Source: Candidatus Sumerlaeota bacterium (GTDB taxonomy: Bacteria; Bacillota; SLNR01). Taken from it: a stretch of DNA of 64,000 nucleotides. The DNA lies in contig JAXGQE010000008.1 of assembly GCA_040766585.1 (NCBI GenBank), forward strand, positions 28,500-92,499, given 5' to 3'. The notes beneath the pieces are model-generated. The model worked only from the letters and a program-made list of their open reading frames with translations, was not told the DNA's origin and searched no databases. The translations under genes and the position numbers were made by a program. Below, piece after piece: positions 31,111-40,769 of this stretch (position 1 is its first letter; every line of letters begins with the position of its first letter).

Positions 31111-32328
31111 TTGAGAACGAGCGGTGAGCGACTCAAGCAAATGATCCTTGAGCTGGGCAGCATCGGCAAGACAGCGGAGGGCGGTGTGACCCGGCGCGCA
31201 TTCACAAATGAAGATATCCAGGGGCGGAATTACATCAGCACCCATCTCCAGGAACTGGGCTGCTCAATTCGAGTGGATGCTGCCGGCAATCTGATCGGGC
31301 GATGGCCGGGTACGGACGAAACCCTACCCGCCATTGTGGCAGGATCCCATACCGATACCGTACCCAACGGAGGGCTTTTTGACGGAACCATCGGTGTACT
31401 TAGCGGCATAGAGTGTATCCGTACACTCCAGGAGAATGGAATCAGACTGAAGCACCCCTTTGAGATCATCTCCTTTTCAGCTGAAGAAGGCAGTGCTTTG
31501 GGCGGAACATTCGGGAGCCGGGCCATGGCCGGGCAGATCCACCTGGATGCCTTAACCGATCAGCAGCGCCTGATCATGAATGGAAATCTTCAGGCCTTCG
31601 GATTGGATCTGGACAACCTCTACTCCGCCAAAAGGAACCCGAAAACCATGAAAGCATTTTTGGAAGTGCATGTGGAGCAAGGCGGGATATTGGAACAAAA
31701 AAACGTTCCCATTGGGATTGTCTATGGTATAGTCGGAATCTATCGGTATGAAGTTATCATCCAGGGTGAAGCCAACCATTCGGGATCGACGCCCATGGAT
31801 AAACGGGATGATGCCCTGGTGAAAGCAGCCAAGATTATCCTAGCTGTCCAGGATTATGTCCGGGAAGAAAGTGCAGACATGGTGGGCACCGTGGGCTCTA
31901 TTCAGGTTAAGCCCAATGCCATCAACGTGATCCCCGGGGAAGTCCGGATGACGGTGGAATTCAGAGATATCAATGCGTGGGATCCGATACTTGTCTATGA
32001 GCGTCTCCGACATTTTTCCGAAACCCTAGGCGGGGTTTCTTTCAAAAAAATTGTGGAAAAGGAACCGGTTCGCCTCCATCCCGGAATCCAGCAGAAAATT
32101 AAGGAAGCCTGCGAGAAATATGATATTGAATACAACATCATGCCCAGTGCAGCCGGACATGACGCGGTGGCCATGTCGTACCTGACTCCCACGGCCATGA
32201 TCTTCGTGCCCAGCCATGGGGGAATCAGTCACTCTCCCGACGAATGGACCGACTGGGATGATATTACCCATGGAGCGGATGTGCTGCTTCAGACCATTGT
32301 AAGCATTGATCAGGATCCACAGGAATAG
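31111..32328 (+). CDS. M20 Zn hydrolase, N-carbamoyl-L-amino-acid amidohydrolase / allantoate amidohydrolase family
   Basis: GSHTD, DG, EEG, EVHVEQG, NHSG, GHDA, SHSPDE. Confidence 0.9.
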   Translation: MRTSGERLKQMILELGSIGKTAEGGVTRRAFTNEDIQGRNYISTHLQELGCSIRVDAAGNLIGRWPGTDETLPAIVAGSHTDTVPNGGLFDGTIGVLSGIECIRTLQENGIRLKHPFEIISFSAEEGSALGGTFGSRAMAGQIHLDALTDQQRLIMNGNLQAFGLDLDNLYSAKRNPKTMKAFLEVHVEQGGILEQKNVPIGIVYGIVGIYRYEVIIQGEANHSGSTPMDKRDDALVKAAKIILAVQDYVREESADMVGTVGSIQVKPNAINVIPGEVRMTVEFRDINAWDPILVYERLRHFSETLGGVSFKKIVEKEPVRLHPGIQQKIKEACEKYDIEYNIMPSAAGHDAVAMSYLTPTAMIFVPSHGGISHSPDEWTDWDDITHGADVLLQTIVSIDQDPQE

Positions 32329-32377
32329 GGCAGCAGATTGGGGCTGACCACGCATCTTCATATACATGAACCCATCA

Positions 32378-32408
32378 AGGGGGAGGCCGTAGGGCCTGCC
32401 CTCTTTTT
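32378..32408 (+). terminator. Intrinsic terminator
   Basis: GGGAGGCC-GTAG-GGCCTGCCC + T-run. Confidence 0.55.
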
Positions 32409-32480
32409 CTTCCGTGAAGGAAATTTCTTAGTTCTGAAGAAAATGGATGATAGATTGATCAGAAGAGGGGCGGGATTGGC

Positions 32481-33911
32481 ATGATGGACCTTGTGATTCA
32501 AGGCGGGTTGATTGTCACTGCAGCAAAATCATACCGCGGCAGTATCGGAATTCGCAATGGCAAGATTGACACCATTGTCTCACCAGACACAAAGCTTCCA
32601 GGAAAAAAGGTGGTTTCAGCAGACGGCCTGATGGTCATGCCGGGGTTAATTGATATGCATGTCCATTTTCTGTCGCCGTTTATGGGTCAGATGGGAGCGG
32701 CTGATTTTTACAGCGGAACGGTGGCGGCAGCTGTCGGTGGTGTAACAACCATCCTGGACTTTACCAATACAGCCATCGGGCAGTCCATGCTTGACTCCGT
32801 TCGGGAAAAGGATGACCAGGCCCGGAGTCGGGCTGTAATTGACTACTCGTTCCACCCCCGCATTGTGGAAGCGCCCACTCGGATTATTGATGAGATCAAA
32901 CATTTGGTTGAATACGGAGTACCAACATTTAAGATGTTCATGACCTATCGAAAACAGGGTGTGCAAGCTCATGATGGGATACTGCTCAAGGTTCTTGAAG
33001 AAGCACGCCGATGGAATGCTCTGCCGGGAGTCCATGCAGAAAACAATGACATTGTGGAGTCATTCATTGATGACGCAGTCGCTGCCGGAAGAACGGACTG
33101 GCATGCTCATGCCCGCACCCGGCCGCCGATTTCCGAAGAAGAAGCCATTCACCGGGCCATCTATTTTGCCAAAAGAGTGAATTGCCCCATATTTATCTAT
33201 CACGTGTCCACCCAAGGGGGTATGGAAGCCATTGCTCAGGCTCAGAAGGAAGGACATCCTGTCTACGCTGAGACTTGCTCTCACTATCTGTCTCTGACAG
33301 AAGACATGTTGAAGCGGGATGATGGCTACAAGTACATATGCAGCCCCCCATTGCGCAGTGCAGAGCATGTGGAGGCCATGTGGGATGGATTGAGCCGGGG
33401 GGTTTTGTCGGTAACGGGTTCCGATGACTGCAACTATTCTGCCGATGCAAAGAAAGCCCCACTCCAGACCGACCGGGAGGGGAACCTGGTTCCGGAATTC
33501 CATAAAGTGGTCAATGGTTTAACCGGCATGGAAAGCCGCTTCGATGTACTGGTATCGTATGGTGTCAATGGGGGAACATTGACCTGGAATGATCTCGTTC
33601 GGGTAACCAGCTACAATGCAGCCCGCCTATTCGGCTTGTATCCGCAAAAGGGAGATATTCAGATTGGTTTCGATGCGGATCTGATCCTGGTGGACCCCGA
33701 GAAGGAAAAAATATCGACTTACGATCAGCTGCATCTGGATACCCAATACAATCCCTGGGAAGGCATGAAGTCAAAAGGCTCTGTGGTTTCCACCTATGTC
33801 CGAGGCGAGGCGGTCATTGAGAATGGGCAGGTAACAGCACAAGCGGGAACTGGAAAATTTGTGCATAGAAAATTGGATCCGGCTTACTTGCGAAGCTTCC
33901 AAAGGCTTTAA
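32481..33911 (+). CDS. Dihydropyrimidinase / D-hydantoinase family cyclic amidohydrolase
   Basis: PGLIDMHVH, GGVTT, FKMFMTY, VHAEN, YHVS, CSPPLR, GSDD. Confidence 0.9.
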   Translation: MMDLVIQGGLIVTAAKSYRGSIGIRNGKIDTIVSPDTKLPGKKVVSADGLMVMPGLIDMHVHFLSPFMGQMGAADFYSGTVAAAVGGVTTILDFTNTAIGQSMLDSVREKDDQARSRAVIDYSFHPRIVEAPTRIIDEIKHLVEYGVPTFKMFMTYRKQGVQAHDGILLKVLEEARRWNALPGVHAENNDIVESFIDDAVAAGRTDWHAHARTRPPISEEEAIHRAIYFAKRVNCPIFIYHVSTQGGMEAIAQAQKEGHPVYAETCSHYLSLTEDMLKRDDGYKYICSPPLRSAEHVEAMWDGLSRGVLSVTGSDDCNYSADAKKAPLQTDREGNLVPEFHKVVNGLTGMESRFDVLVSYGVNGGTLTWNDLVRVTSYNAARLFGLYPQKGDIQIGFDADLILVDPEKEKISTYDQLHLDTQYNPWEGMKSKGSVVSTYVRGEAVIENGQVTAQAGTGKFVHRKLDPAYLRSFQRL

Positions 33912-34030
33912 CAAAGGGGAAAGCCTGCGCCGGATCGATTCTCTTCGGTGCCGCAGCAATCCGGGGAGATATTTCAGTTCCAAGTTATAATCTTGAGTAT
34001 CCTTATCTTGAGTATCTAAGGAGGGCTACG

Positions 34031-34777
34031 ATGAGAATCAAAATCATCAATCCCAATACCACGTGGGAAATGACTCATTCCATTCAAGAGTCTGCCGTTG
34101 GAGCTGCCCGGAGCAGCACTGAGATTGTGGCTGTCAGCCCCGCTGCAGGCCCCGTTTCCATTGAAAGCTATTACGATGAACAGCTGGCCATTGTGGGGGT
34201 TTTGGAAGAGGTTCTGCTGGGTGAAAAGGATTCATACGACGCATACATTATTGCGTGTTTCGGAGATCCGGGTTTGTATGCTGCACGAGAGATTACATCA
34301 GCCCCGGTGATCGGGATTGCTGAGGCTGCCATGCTGACTGCCTGTATGCTGGCTCCCAAATTCTCAGTTCTTACTGTACTGGCTCGATCTCAGATGATTA
34401 CTGAAGAGCTGATCCGGAAATATGGCTTGTGGGAAAGATGCGCTTCTTTGCGTTCGACCGGGTTGTCCGTTCTGGATTTTGAAAACGATCCGGCAACGGG
34501 TATCCGGGAGCTGAAACGGGCCGGTGAGATAGCGGTTCGTGAAGATGGGGCTGAAGCACTGCTGCTTGGGTGTGCCGGCATGGCCGGGCTGGAGGATGAG
34601 TTGGAAAACACACTGAAAGTACCCGTCATCAATGGAGTGGCGGCTGCAGTAAAAATGGCGGAGAGTCTTTTTGACCTGGGGAAAAAGACCAGCAAAGTAA
34701 AGACATTCTCTCGACCGGAGCCCAAAACCATCGTCGGGTACGAAAATATTTTTCAGCTTCAAAAACGGGAGGAATGA
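34031..34777 (+). CDS. Hydantoin/allantoin racemase (Asp/Glu racemase family)
   Basis: INPNT, IACFGDPG, LGCAGM two-Cys motifs. Confidence 0.92.
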   Translation: MRIKIINPNTTWEMTHSIQESAVGAARSSTEIVAVSPAAGPVSIESYYDEQLAIVGVLEEVLLGEKDSYDAYIIACFGDPGLYAAREITSAPVIGIAEAAMLTACMLAPKFSVLTVLARSQMITEELIRKYGLWERCASLRSTGLSVLDFENDPATGIRELKRAGEIAVREDGAEALLLGCAGMAGLEDELENTLKVPVINGVAAAVKMAESLFDLGKKTSKVKTFSRPEPKTIVGYENIFQLQKREE

Positions 34778-35166
34778 TCATGGAGATCGAAATTCTGGCA
34801 GGGGAGTATGCTGTCTGCCAGATTCCCAAAGGCCAAAGCATGGCACCTCCCAAAGATCGTGGCGGATTCTGGTCGGTTACCGAAACCGATGAGGAGGTTT
34901 CCCTGATCTGCCGTGTCGATAGAATCCCGGAAACTCTGCAGAAAGAGACAGGATGGTGTGTCACTCGTATCCGCGGCGTGCTGGATTTTTCACTGGTAGG
35001 GGTGCTTTTGAAAGTCATTCAGCCCTTGGCAGACCGGGGAATCAGCATATTTACCGTATCAACTTACAATACGGACTACATCCTTTTGAAGGAAGAATGT
35101 TTGGAGGAAGCCGTGCAGGCTTGGAATGAACAAGGATATCATGTCAGGAGGGAAAGCCATGATTAA
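34774..35166 (+). CDS. ACT-domain protein (CASTOR/ACT_7-like)
   Basis: SVTETDEEVSL, LDFSLVGV, ISIFTVSTYNTDYIL. Confidence 0.85.
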   Translation: MIMEIEILAGEYAVCQIPKGQSMAPPKDRGGFWSVTETDEEVSLICRVDRIPETLQKETGWCVTRIRGVLDFSLVGVLLKVIQPLADRGISIFTVSTYNTDYILLKEECLEEAVQAWNEQGYHVRRESHD

Positions 35167-35776
35167 TGTAGTGGATTTGGAACCTGGAATAAAAGAAATA
35201 CAATTGTTTTCCAATGAACGGCAGTTCAGAGCTTTTGTAGTCGAAACACCGAAAGGGGCCGTGTTGATTGACACCGGTCTGCCGGATACTGCCGAAGAGC
35301 TGGTCCGTACTGTGGAGCCCATGAACATCAGCATGGTCGTTTTGACCCATTACCACCAGGATCACACAGGCGGGCTAGAAATCATGGCCGAGAAAATGCC
35401 GGACATGGAGTTTGCAGCCCATGAACTGGAGGCCGAGAAAATCAAAGTACCCATGACCCGGCTGCTGAAAGACGGGGATCTGGTGGCGGATACGCTGCGG
35501 GTAATTCATATTCCCGGGCATACCGCCGGCAACATGGCTCTGTACCATGAAAAGAACAAGACCATACTGGCCGGAGACAGTGTATTCGGAGCCGGGGGTT
35601 ATGACAAAATATTGATCTCTCCACCGGCTGTCTATTCAGAGGACGTCAAACTGGCCAGACAGAATATAGCCAGGATGCTGAAGTATCCATTTGAAAAAGC
35701 ATTCTTGTCCCACGGGGCCCATTTGCTGGAGGATGCACAAGGGCAGATCGAAGCACTGCTTGGGGAAGAGGCGTAA
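35159..35776 (+). CDS. Metallo-beta-lactamase fold hydrolase
   Basis: IDTG, THYHQDHTGG, PGHT, GD, SHG. Confidence 0.9.
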   Translation: MINVVDLEPGIKEIQLFSNERQFRAFVVETPKGAVLIDTGLPDTAEELVRTVEPMNISMVVLTHYHQDHTGGLEIMAEKMPDMEFAAHELEAEKIKVPMTRLLKDGDLVADTLRVIHIPGHTAGNMALYHEKNKTILAGDSVFGAGGYDKILISPPAVYSEDVKLARQNIARMLKYPFEKAFLSHGAHLLEDAQGQIEALLGEEA

Positions 35777-35799
35777 CGTGCTTTCAGAACGGCATAGAG

Positions 35800-35838
35800 A
35801 AAAGAGGGGAGTTGCGGTAAAAAAGGGTCCCCTCTTTT
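35800..35838. terminator. Bidirectional terminator between convergent genes
   Basis: AAAAGAGGGGA...TCCCCTCTTTT. Confidence 0.55.
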
Positions 35839-35903
35839 TGTTTGGGTCCGGTTCATATTGGAATCGTTTCAACATCGTTCAGGGTAAATTATGGTATAAT
35901 AAA

Positions 35904-36161
35904 CTAGCAGTCAAAAGACACAAAAGACGCTTTAACTCCTTCCAGCTGGTTCAGCTCGGCATGAAGCGTTTTCGCAGAAGATCCATCTTCATCGCACATA
36001 TGGAGAATGATGATTCCGTCTTCTCCGCAAAAGTCCTTGCGTGCTTCATGAAAACCGACCCGGGTTTTGATGTAACAACCAAACTCAGTCAGCAGTGCCT
36101 GGACTTCAGCCGCATGGGTAGTTCTCTGGTCAACGCGAATAGCCATGATGATACAATCCAT
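35904..36161 (-). CDS. Small ACT/ferredoxin-fold protein resembling TM1266 (iron-only hydrogenase system regulator-like)
   Basis: R...VQ.LLT.FGC.IKTR.G.H pattern; ATG after GGAGGG. Confidence 0.6.
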   Translation of the reverse strand: MDCIIMAIRVDQRTTHAAEVQALLTEFGCYIKTRVGFHEARKDFCGEDGIIILHMCDEDGSSAKTLHAELNQLEGVKASFVSFDC

Positions 36162-36254
36162 AACGATCCCTCCTGTAATATTCATTCTGATGAGTCATTT
36201 CGTCAAAAGAATGAGAAATCCTTTGCTTGAATATTTTCCTTGGAGGTGGGCTGT

Positions 36255-37100
36255 ATGAATCAAAACGAACATCTGAAGGAACGAATCATCGAATTCCTGA
36301 CGATGCGGGGAGCGGATTTGGTTGGTTTTGCTTCCGTATCACGCTGGGACGAATGGGATGAAGTTCGTCCAGAATTTCGCCCGGGCAGGTTGTTCCCCCA
36401 GGCAAAATCCGTCATAGTTTTTGGCATGGGGATGCCGCTTCCCGTGGTTGAGACAACGCCATCATCCATCCATATGGAGCTGTACAATACGGTCAACCGG
36501 GAACTGGATGGGTTGGCCTATCATCTTACCCGTTTTTTGGGCAGGAATGGGTCGGCAGCCTACTCCTTTCCCAGGGATGGATACGGACATATCCGCATTA
36601 TCAAGGAGAAACCGCGCGCAGCCTTTTCCCATGTGTATGCGGCCAAGTATGCCGGCCTGGGGTCCATTGGCATGAACAATGTGCTGCTGACCCCGGAATT
36701 CGGGCCCAGGGTACGGTGGGTATCTGTGTTTACCGATCAGGACCTGTCCGGCAAGGACGTCATGACCTCAGAACTGTGTATCCGCTGCCAGGCCTGTGTT
36801 CGCTGCTGTCCTGTGGATGCTCTGTCCCCCAGAAATGACCGCACAAAACCGGATTTTGATTCGTTAAAATGTGCGCAGCGGGCTGAGGACCTGACACGCA
36901 GACGGAGTTATCCCTGCGGGATCTGTATTAAAGTCTGCCCGGTGGGAGAAGATCGCAAACTGTACCAAGCTGAGCGAAAAATGGCCTTGTATCTGAATGA
37001 AGAGAATGCGGATTCAAAAGAGAATCCTGAATATCAAATCTGGAACCACTACCGACAGTGGGGAAGCTGGACAGAGGAGGAGATCAAAAAAAATGAGTAG
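36255..37100 (+). CDS. Epoxyqueuosine-reductase-like (QueG/reductive dehalogenase superfamily) 2x[4Fe-4S] protein
   Basis: GADLVG, AGLGSIG.N..LTPEFGPRVR, CxxCxxCxxxCP and CGICIKVCP. Confidence 0.75.
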   Translation: MNQNEHLKERIIEFLTMRGADLVGFASVSRWDEWDEVRPEFRPGRLFPQAKSVIVFGMGMPLPVVETTPSSIHMELYNTVNRELDGLAYHLTRFLGRNGSAAYSFPRDGYGHIRIIKEKPRAAFSHVYAAKYAGLGSIGMNNVLLTPEFGPRVRWVSVFTDQDLSGKDVMTSELCIRCQACVRCCPVDALSPRNDRTKPDFDSLKCAQRAEDLTRRRSYPCGICIKVCPVGEDRKLYQAERKMALYLNEENADSKENPEYQIWNHYRQWGSWTEEEIKKNE

Positions 37101-37827
37101 TATTTCCATGAAAGAGTATTTGGAAGCAGTCAAAGAAATAAGCAGCAGCACCATGGATCAAGATGAGAAGATCCACAAAGTTATGAGTTGGAAGGAAAAG
37201 CTAATGAGCAATGATGAGTTGCTCATAGATTTGCTCACCCAATCTGCCGTGATAGAGGAGCCGGAACAATTTCTGCCTCAGGATATCAACGGATTCAGTC
37301 TGTACAGAGATCCGGACAAAGACTTTTCCATGCATGTTTTCGTGTGGGCACCGCATGTTCCCTATCCCATCCATGACCATGGATCCTGGGGAATCGTCGG
37401 GCTGTACCGCGGACACATTGAAGAAACCAAGTATCGGTGGCTGGGTGCGGAAGATCATCGGGTGATGCTGGAACCAAAAACACCCAAGAAGTATAAAAAG
37501 GGGGAAGTATTCTACGTTCTCCCGCTGGATGAAGGGCCGCACAGCATGCGATCATTGGGCAGCCAGACTTCCATCAGTATACACACCTACGGCCGGCCGA
37601 TTCGCAAAAGCATGCTGCGTCTGTTCCATCCAGCGTTTGATGAAAAAGGAAAGTACTCCTTCTATTATACCTATCCGCTCTATGTGTATCGGCGGATGCT
37701 GGCGCTGGATGCTCTCAGTGCTATCAGCGAAGATGCCGGAATGGATCTGGAAAAACATCTGATGGAGAAATCCGGGAACAAAGTCCTGGTAGCCGCTTTG
37801 CGCGACAAGAGAGAAGAGGACCGATAA
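37093..37827 (+). CDS. Cysteine-dioxygenase-family cupin (thiol dioxygenase-like)
   Basis: PIHDHGSWG, PHSM and SIHTYG (3-His + Ser-His-Tyr pattern). Confidence 0.75.
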   Translation: MSSISMKEYLEAVKEISSSTMDQDEKIHKVMSWKEKLMSNDELLIDLLTQSAVIEEPEQFLPQDINGFSLYRDPDKDFSMHVFVWAPHVPYPIHDHGSWGIVGLYRGHIEETKYRWLGAEDHRVMLEPKTPKKYKKGEVFYVLPLDEGPHSMRSLGSQTSISIHTYGRPIRKSMLRLFHPAFDEKGKYSFYYTYPLYVYRRMLALDALSAISEDAGMDLEKHLMEKSGNKVLVAALRDKREEDR

Positions 37828-37851
37828 CAGTCCAATCAAAGTCAAAGGGGG

Positions 37852-40704
37852 ATGACCATGCTGGTACCGCTCCACAATCCGAGAAAAGGAAAACTACGGG
37901 TTTTGGGTTTTGCCTCGGGATCGGGCAACACATTATGGAAAATATTGGAATTACAGCAAGAGTTGGAAAAAACCTTCGAAGGATCACCTTTCGAAGTCGT
38001 GGGGGTTTTTTCGGACAATCCGGATTCCAAAGCCGTGGAAACGGCTCAAAAGTATAATTTCCCCCATGTCAGCAAAGACCTGCGCCAGTTTCACAAGGAT
38101 CACAATGCGCCTTTGAAAGACCGCAGTGTCCGGGCTGCGTTTGACCGGGAAGTTATCCAGCTGATTGAACCCTTCCAGCCCGATGTCATTTTGCTGGCCG
38201 GGTATGTCTGGGCGACGACAGACATCATCGTCGATACGTACCGGGTGGTGAACATCCATCCGGCGGATCTTTCTGTGGAAGAAGACGGTCATCGTCTTTT
38301 TGCCGGAGCCCATGGAATCCGGGATGCTTTGGATGCTGACGTGGATACTCTTCACTCTTCTGCCCACGTGGCCACCAAGAAACTGGATGGCGGCCCGCTG
38401 CTGATGATATCCCCCGGGGTTCCTGTGGACAAAGAGCTGGGACTGAAGGGGAATGACGGGGAAAGACACTATCTCAGCGCAGTCAACAAGCAGTCCAGAG
38501 CCCTGGCTGCCCGAACCATCTACGAAATTGCCACTGGTGCTTTCAGTGAAGATGAAGAGGGCAGTATCTATTATCACGGAGAAAAGGTTCCCCATGGAAT
38601 ACGACTGGAAAGTTGGGAAACACGCGTCCCAAAGTATAAAAGGGACATGGCAGCCTTTGTCCGGCCGCAGAGTATTGCCGTCATTGGGGCTTCTTCCCGA
38701 GGCGGTATCGGACACGCCATTGTCCATAACCTGGTTCAAGGGGGATTCAAGGGGCAGCTGTTTGCAGTCAACCGTCGGGGCGAAGAAGTCCTGGGGGTTG
38801 CCGGGTATGCCTCTGCGGCCGATATACCGCAGCCGGTGGACATGGCTGTGATCGCTGTTCCGTCATCCGGTGTACTGGCCACGGCGAAAGAATGCGGCCA
38901 GGCGGGAGTAAAAGCCATTGTCTGTATATCCGCAGGATTCAGGGAAACGGGTGAAGACGGGAAAGCGCGGGAAAAAGAACTTCTGGATATTGTGGATCAA
39001 TACAATATGAGACTGCTGGGGCCAAACTGTATGGGTATTGCCAATACCGACCCGGACAGTCTGCTCTATGCCAATATTCTTCAGGGAATTCCGCCGCGGG
39101 GTGGGATCGGTTTCATTACCCAAAGCGGGGCGCTGGGAGCCGCCATGGTTGATTTTGCTTCATCCATGGGTATCGGATTTTCCATCATTGCGTCCTTGGG
39201 TAACCAGGCTGATGCAACATGCAGCGACCTGCTGCCTCTGTTGGCGGACGATCAGCAGACCAAAGTAATACTGCTTTATCTGGAGGAAATTACAGAACCT
39301 GCTCGTTTCGTTCATATCGTCAGCCGCATCACAGAAAAGAAACCGGTAATCATTATGAAAGCAGGCAGAACTTCCGCCGGCGCCCAGGCGGCATCTTCCC
39401 ATACCGGCAGCCTGGCTGGAAATGATCAGGTGGCGGATGCCCTTCTGGCTCAAAGCGGGGCTATTCGCGTGAAGACCCTCAATGAGGCATTTCTTCTGGC
39501 GGATGCCCTGAGCAAAATGCCCCCTGTCCAGGGAAAACGAGTGGCCGTGGTAACCAATGCCGGCGGCCCCGGGATATTGGTTGCGGATATGCTCAATGAA
39601 CAGGGATTCGAACTGCCGCTTCTTGACTCGGAGACCCGGAGCACTCTTGCCGGGAGCCTTCTTCCCGAAGCGTCCACCGGCAATCCGGTGGATCTGGTGG
39701 CCCCCGCTTTGCCGGAGCAGTATTCCATAGCCGTAAAAACTGCGGCAGAGAGCCATCTCTATGATGCCCTGCTGCTAATTTGTGTTCCTCCCGCCACCAT
39801 CGACACGGGAAAGGTGGCCGAATCCGTCATCCATGAACTGAAGCAAATCGATGTTCCCGTACTGACTTGTTTCTTTGGACCGACACTGGGAGCAGCAGGC
39901 CGAAAAGTGATGATTGAAGCCGGGATTCCTTCCTTTGTATACCCGGAAGAGACGGCCAGCATTCTGGCCATGATGAAGATGGATCAGAATACAGTGGATA
40001 GGCAGTCCCAAAGGAACCGTCTGGAAAAATCGAAAGTGGCGGAAATGAGAGCATTCCTAGCAGATACTCATTCCGGGGAGTATCTTCCGGAAGAGAGCAG
40101 CCGAAGATTGCTGCAGGAGTTTGGATTTGATTTGGCCCAGACGGCTACCCTGCAAAATTCTAACGAGATTTCGGAACGAGTGCACAAATACCCTGTGGTA
40201 GCAAAGATCAATCATCCGCAGATCATTCACAAAACCGATGTAGGGGGAGTGGTCCTGAACATTGGCTCCGGTGAAGAACTGAAAGAGGTTATGGATGAAA
40301 TGCTTGCCAAGTTCCCCGGGGCGAACGGTGTTACCGTCCAGGAACAGATACCTGCCGGCTTGGAAGTGATTATCGGGGCGGTGAAAGATCCGTCGCTGGG
40401 CCACGGTATCATGGTGGGACTGGGGGGTACCCATGTGGAAATATCTCGAGACATTTCATTCGGATATGCTCCTGTCAGCCCGATGCAGGCTGCGGCGATG
40501 ATGGAAAAACTCACCGGTTACCCGCTGCTGAAAGGCTATCGGGGAAGTCAGGGGGTCAATATTGAAAAGCTGGCCGATTTAATCTCGCGTCTCAGTTGGG
40601 TTTTGATGGAGATTCCTCAAATCACGGAGATGGATCTGAATCCTCTGATCTACGATGCCGCAAGCGACCGTTTTGTCACAGTAGACTGCCGAATCCGTTT
40701 TTAA
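37852..40704 (+). CDS. Fusion: PurN-like formyltransferase domain + ADP-forming acyl-CoA synthetase (CoA-binding, ligase, ATP-grasp)
   Basis: N-term FASGSGN, LLAGY, NIHP, LDGGP; C-term IAVIGAS, LGPNC, QSG, SHTG, TNAGGPG, NPVD, HKTDVGGV, DLNP. Confidence 0.85.
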   Translation: MTMLVPLHNPRKGKLRVLGFASGSGNTLWKILELQQELEKTFEGSPFEVVGVFSDNPDSKAVETAQKYNFPHVSKDLRQFHKDHNAPLKDRSVRAAFDREVIQLIEPFQPDVILLAGYVWATTDIIVDTYRVVNIHPADLSVEEDGHRLFAGAHGIRDALDADVDTLHSSAHVATKKLDGGPLLMISPGVPVDKELGLKGNDGERHYLSAVNKQSRALAARTIYEIATGAFSEDEEGSIYYHGEKVPHGIRLESWETRVPKYKRDMAAFVRPQSIAVIGASSRGGIGHAIVHNLVQGGFKGQLFAVNRRGEEVLGVAGYASAADIPQPVDMAVIAVPSSGVLATAKECGQAGVKAIVCISAGFRETGEDGKAREKELLDIVDQYNMRLLGPNCMGIANTDPDSLLYANILQGIPPRGGIGFITQSGALGAAMVDFASSMGIGFSIIASLGNQADATCSDLLPLLADDQQTKVILLYLEEITEPARFVHIVSRITEKKPVIIMKAGRTSAGAQAASSHTGSLAGNDQVADALLAQSGAIRVKTLNEAFLLADALSKMPPVQGKRVAVVTNAGGPGILVADMLNEQGFELPLLDSETRSTLAGSLLPEASTGNPVDLVAPALPEQYSIAVKTAAESHLYDALLLICVPPATIDTGKVAESVIHELKQIDVPVLTCFFGPTLGAAGRKVMIEAGIPSFVYPEETASILAMMKMDQNTVDRQSQRNRLEKSKVAEMRAFLADTHSGEYLPEESSRRLLQEFGFDLAQTATLQNSNEISERVHKYPVVAKINHPQIIHKTDVGGVVLNIGSGEELKEVMDEMLAKFPGANGVTVQEQIPAGLEVIIGAVKDPSLGHGIMVGLGGTHVEISRDISFGYAPVSPMQAAAMMEKLTGYPLLKGYRGSQGVNIEKLADLISRLSWVLMEIPQITEMDLNPLIYDAASDRFVTVDCRIRF

Positions 40705-40769
40705 AGGTGAAGCAGGGATCTACCGGTTACCAGAGAATTATGATTTCTATGAAGATTTAGAAAGGAGCG

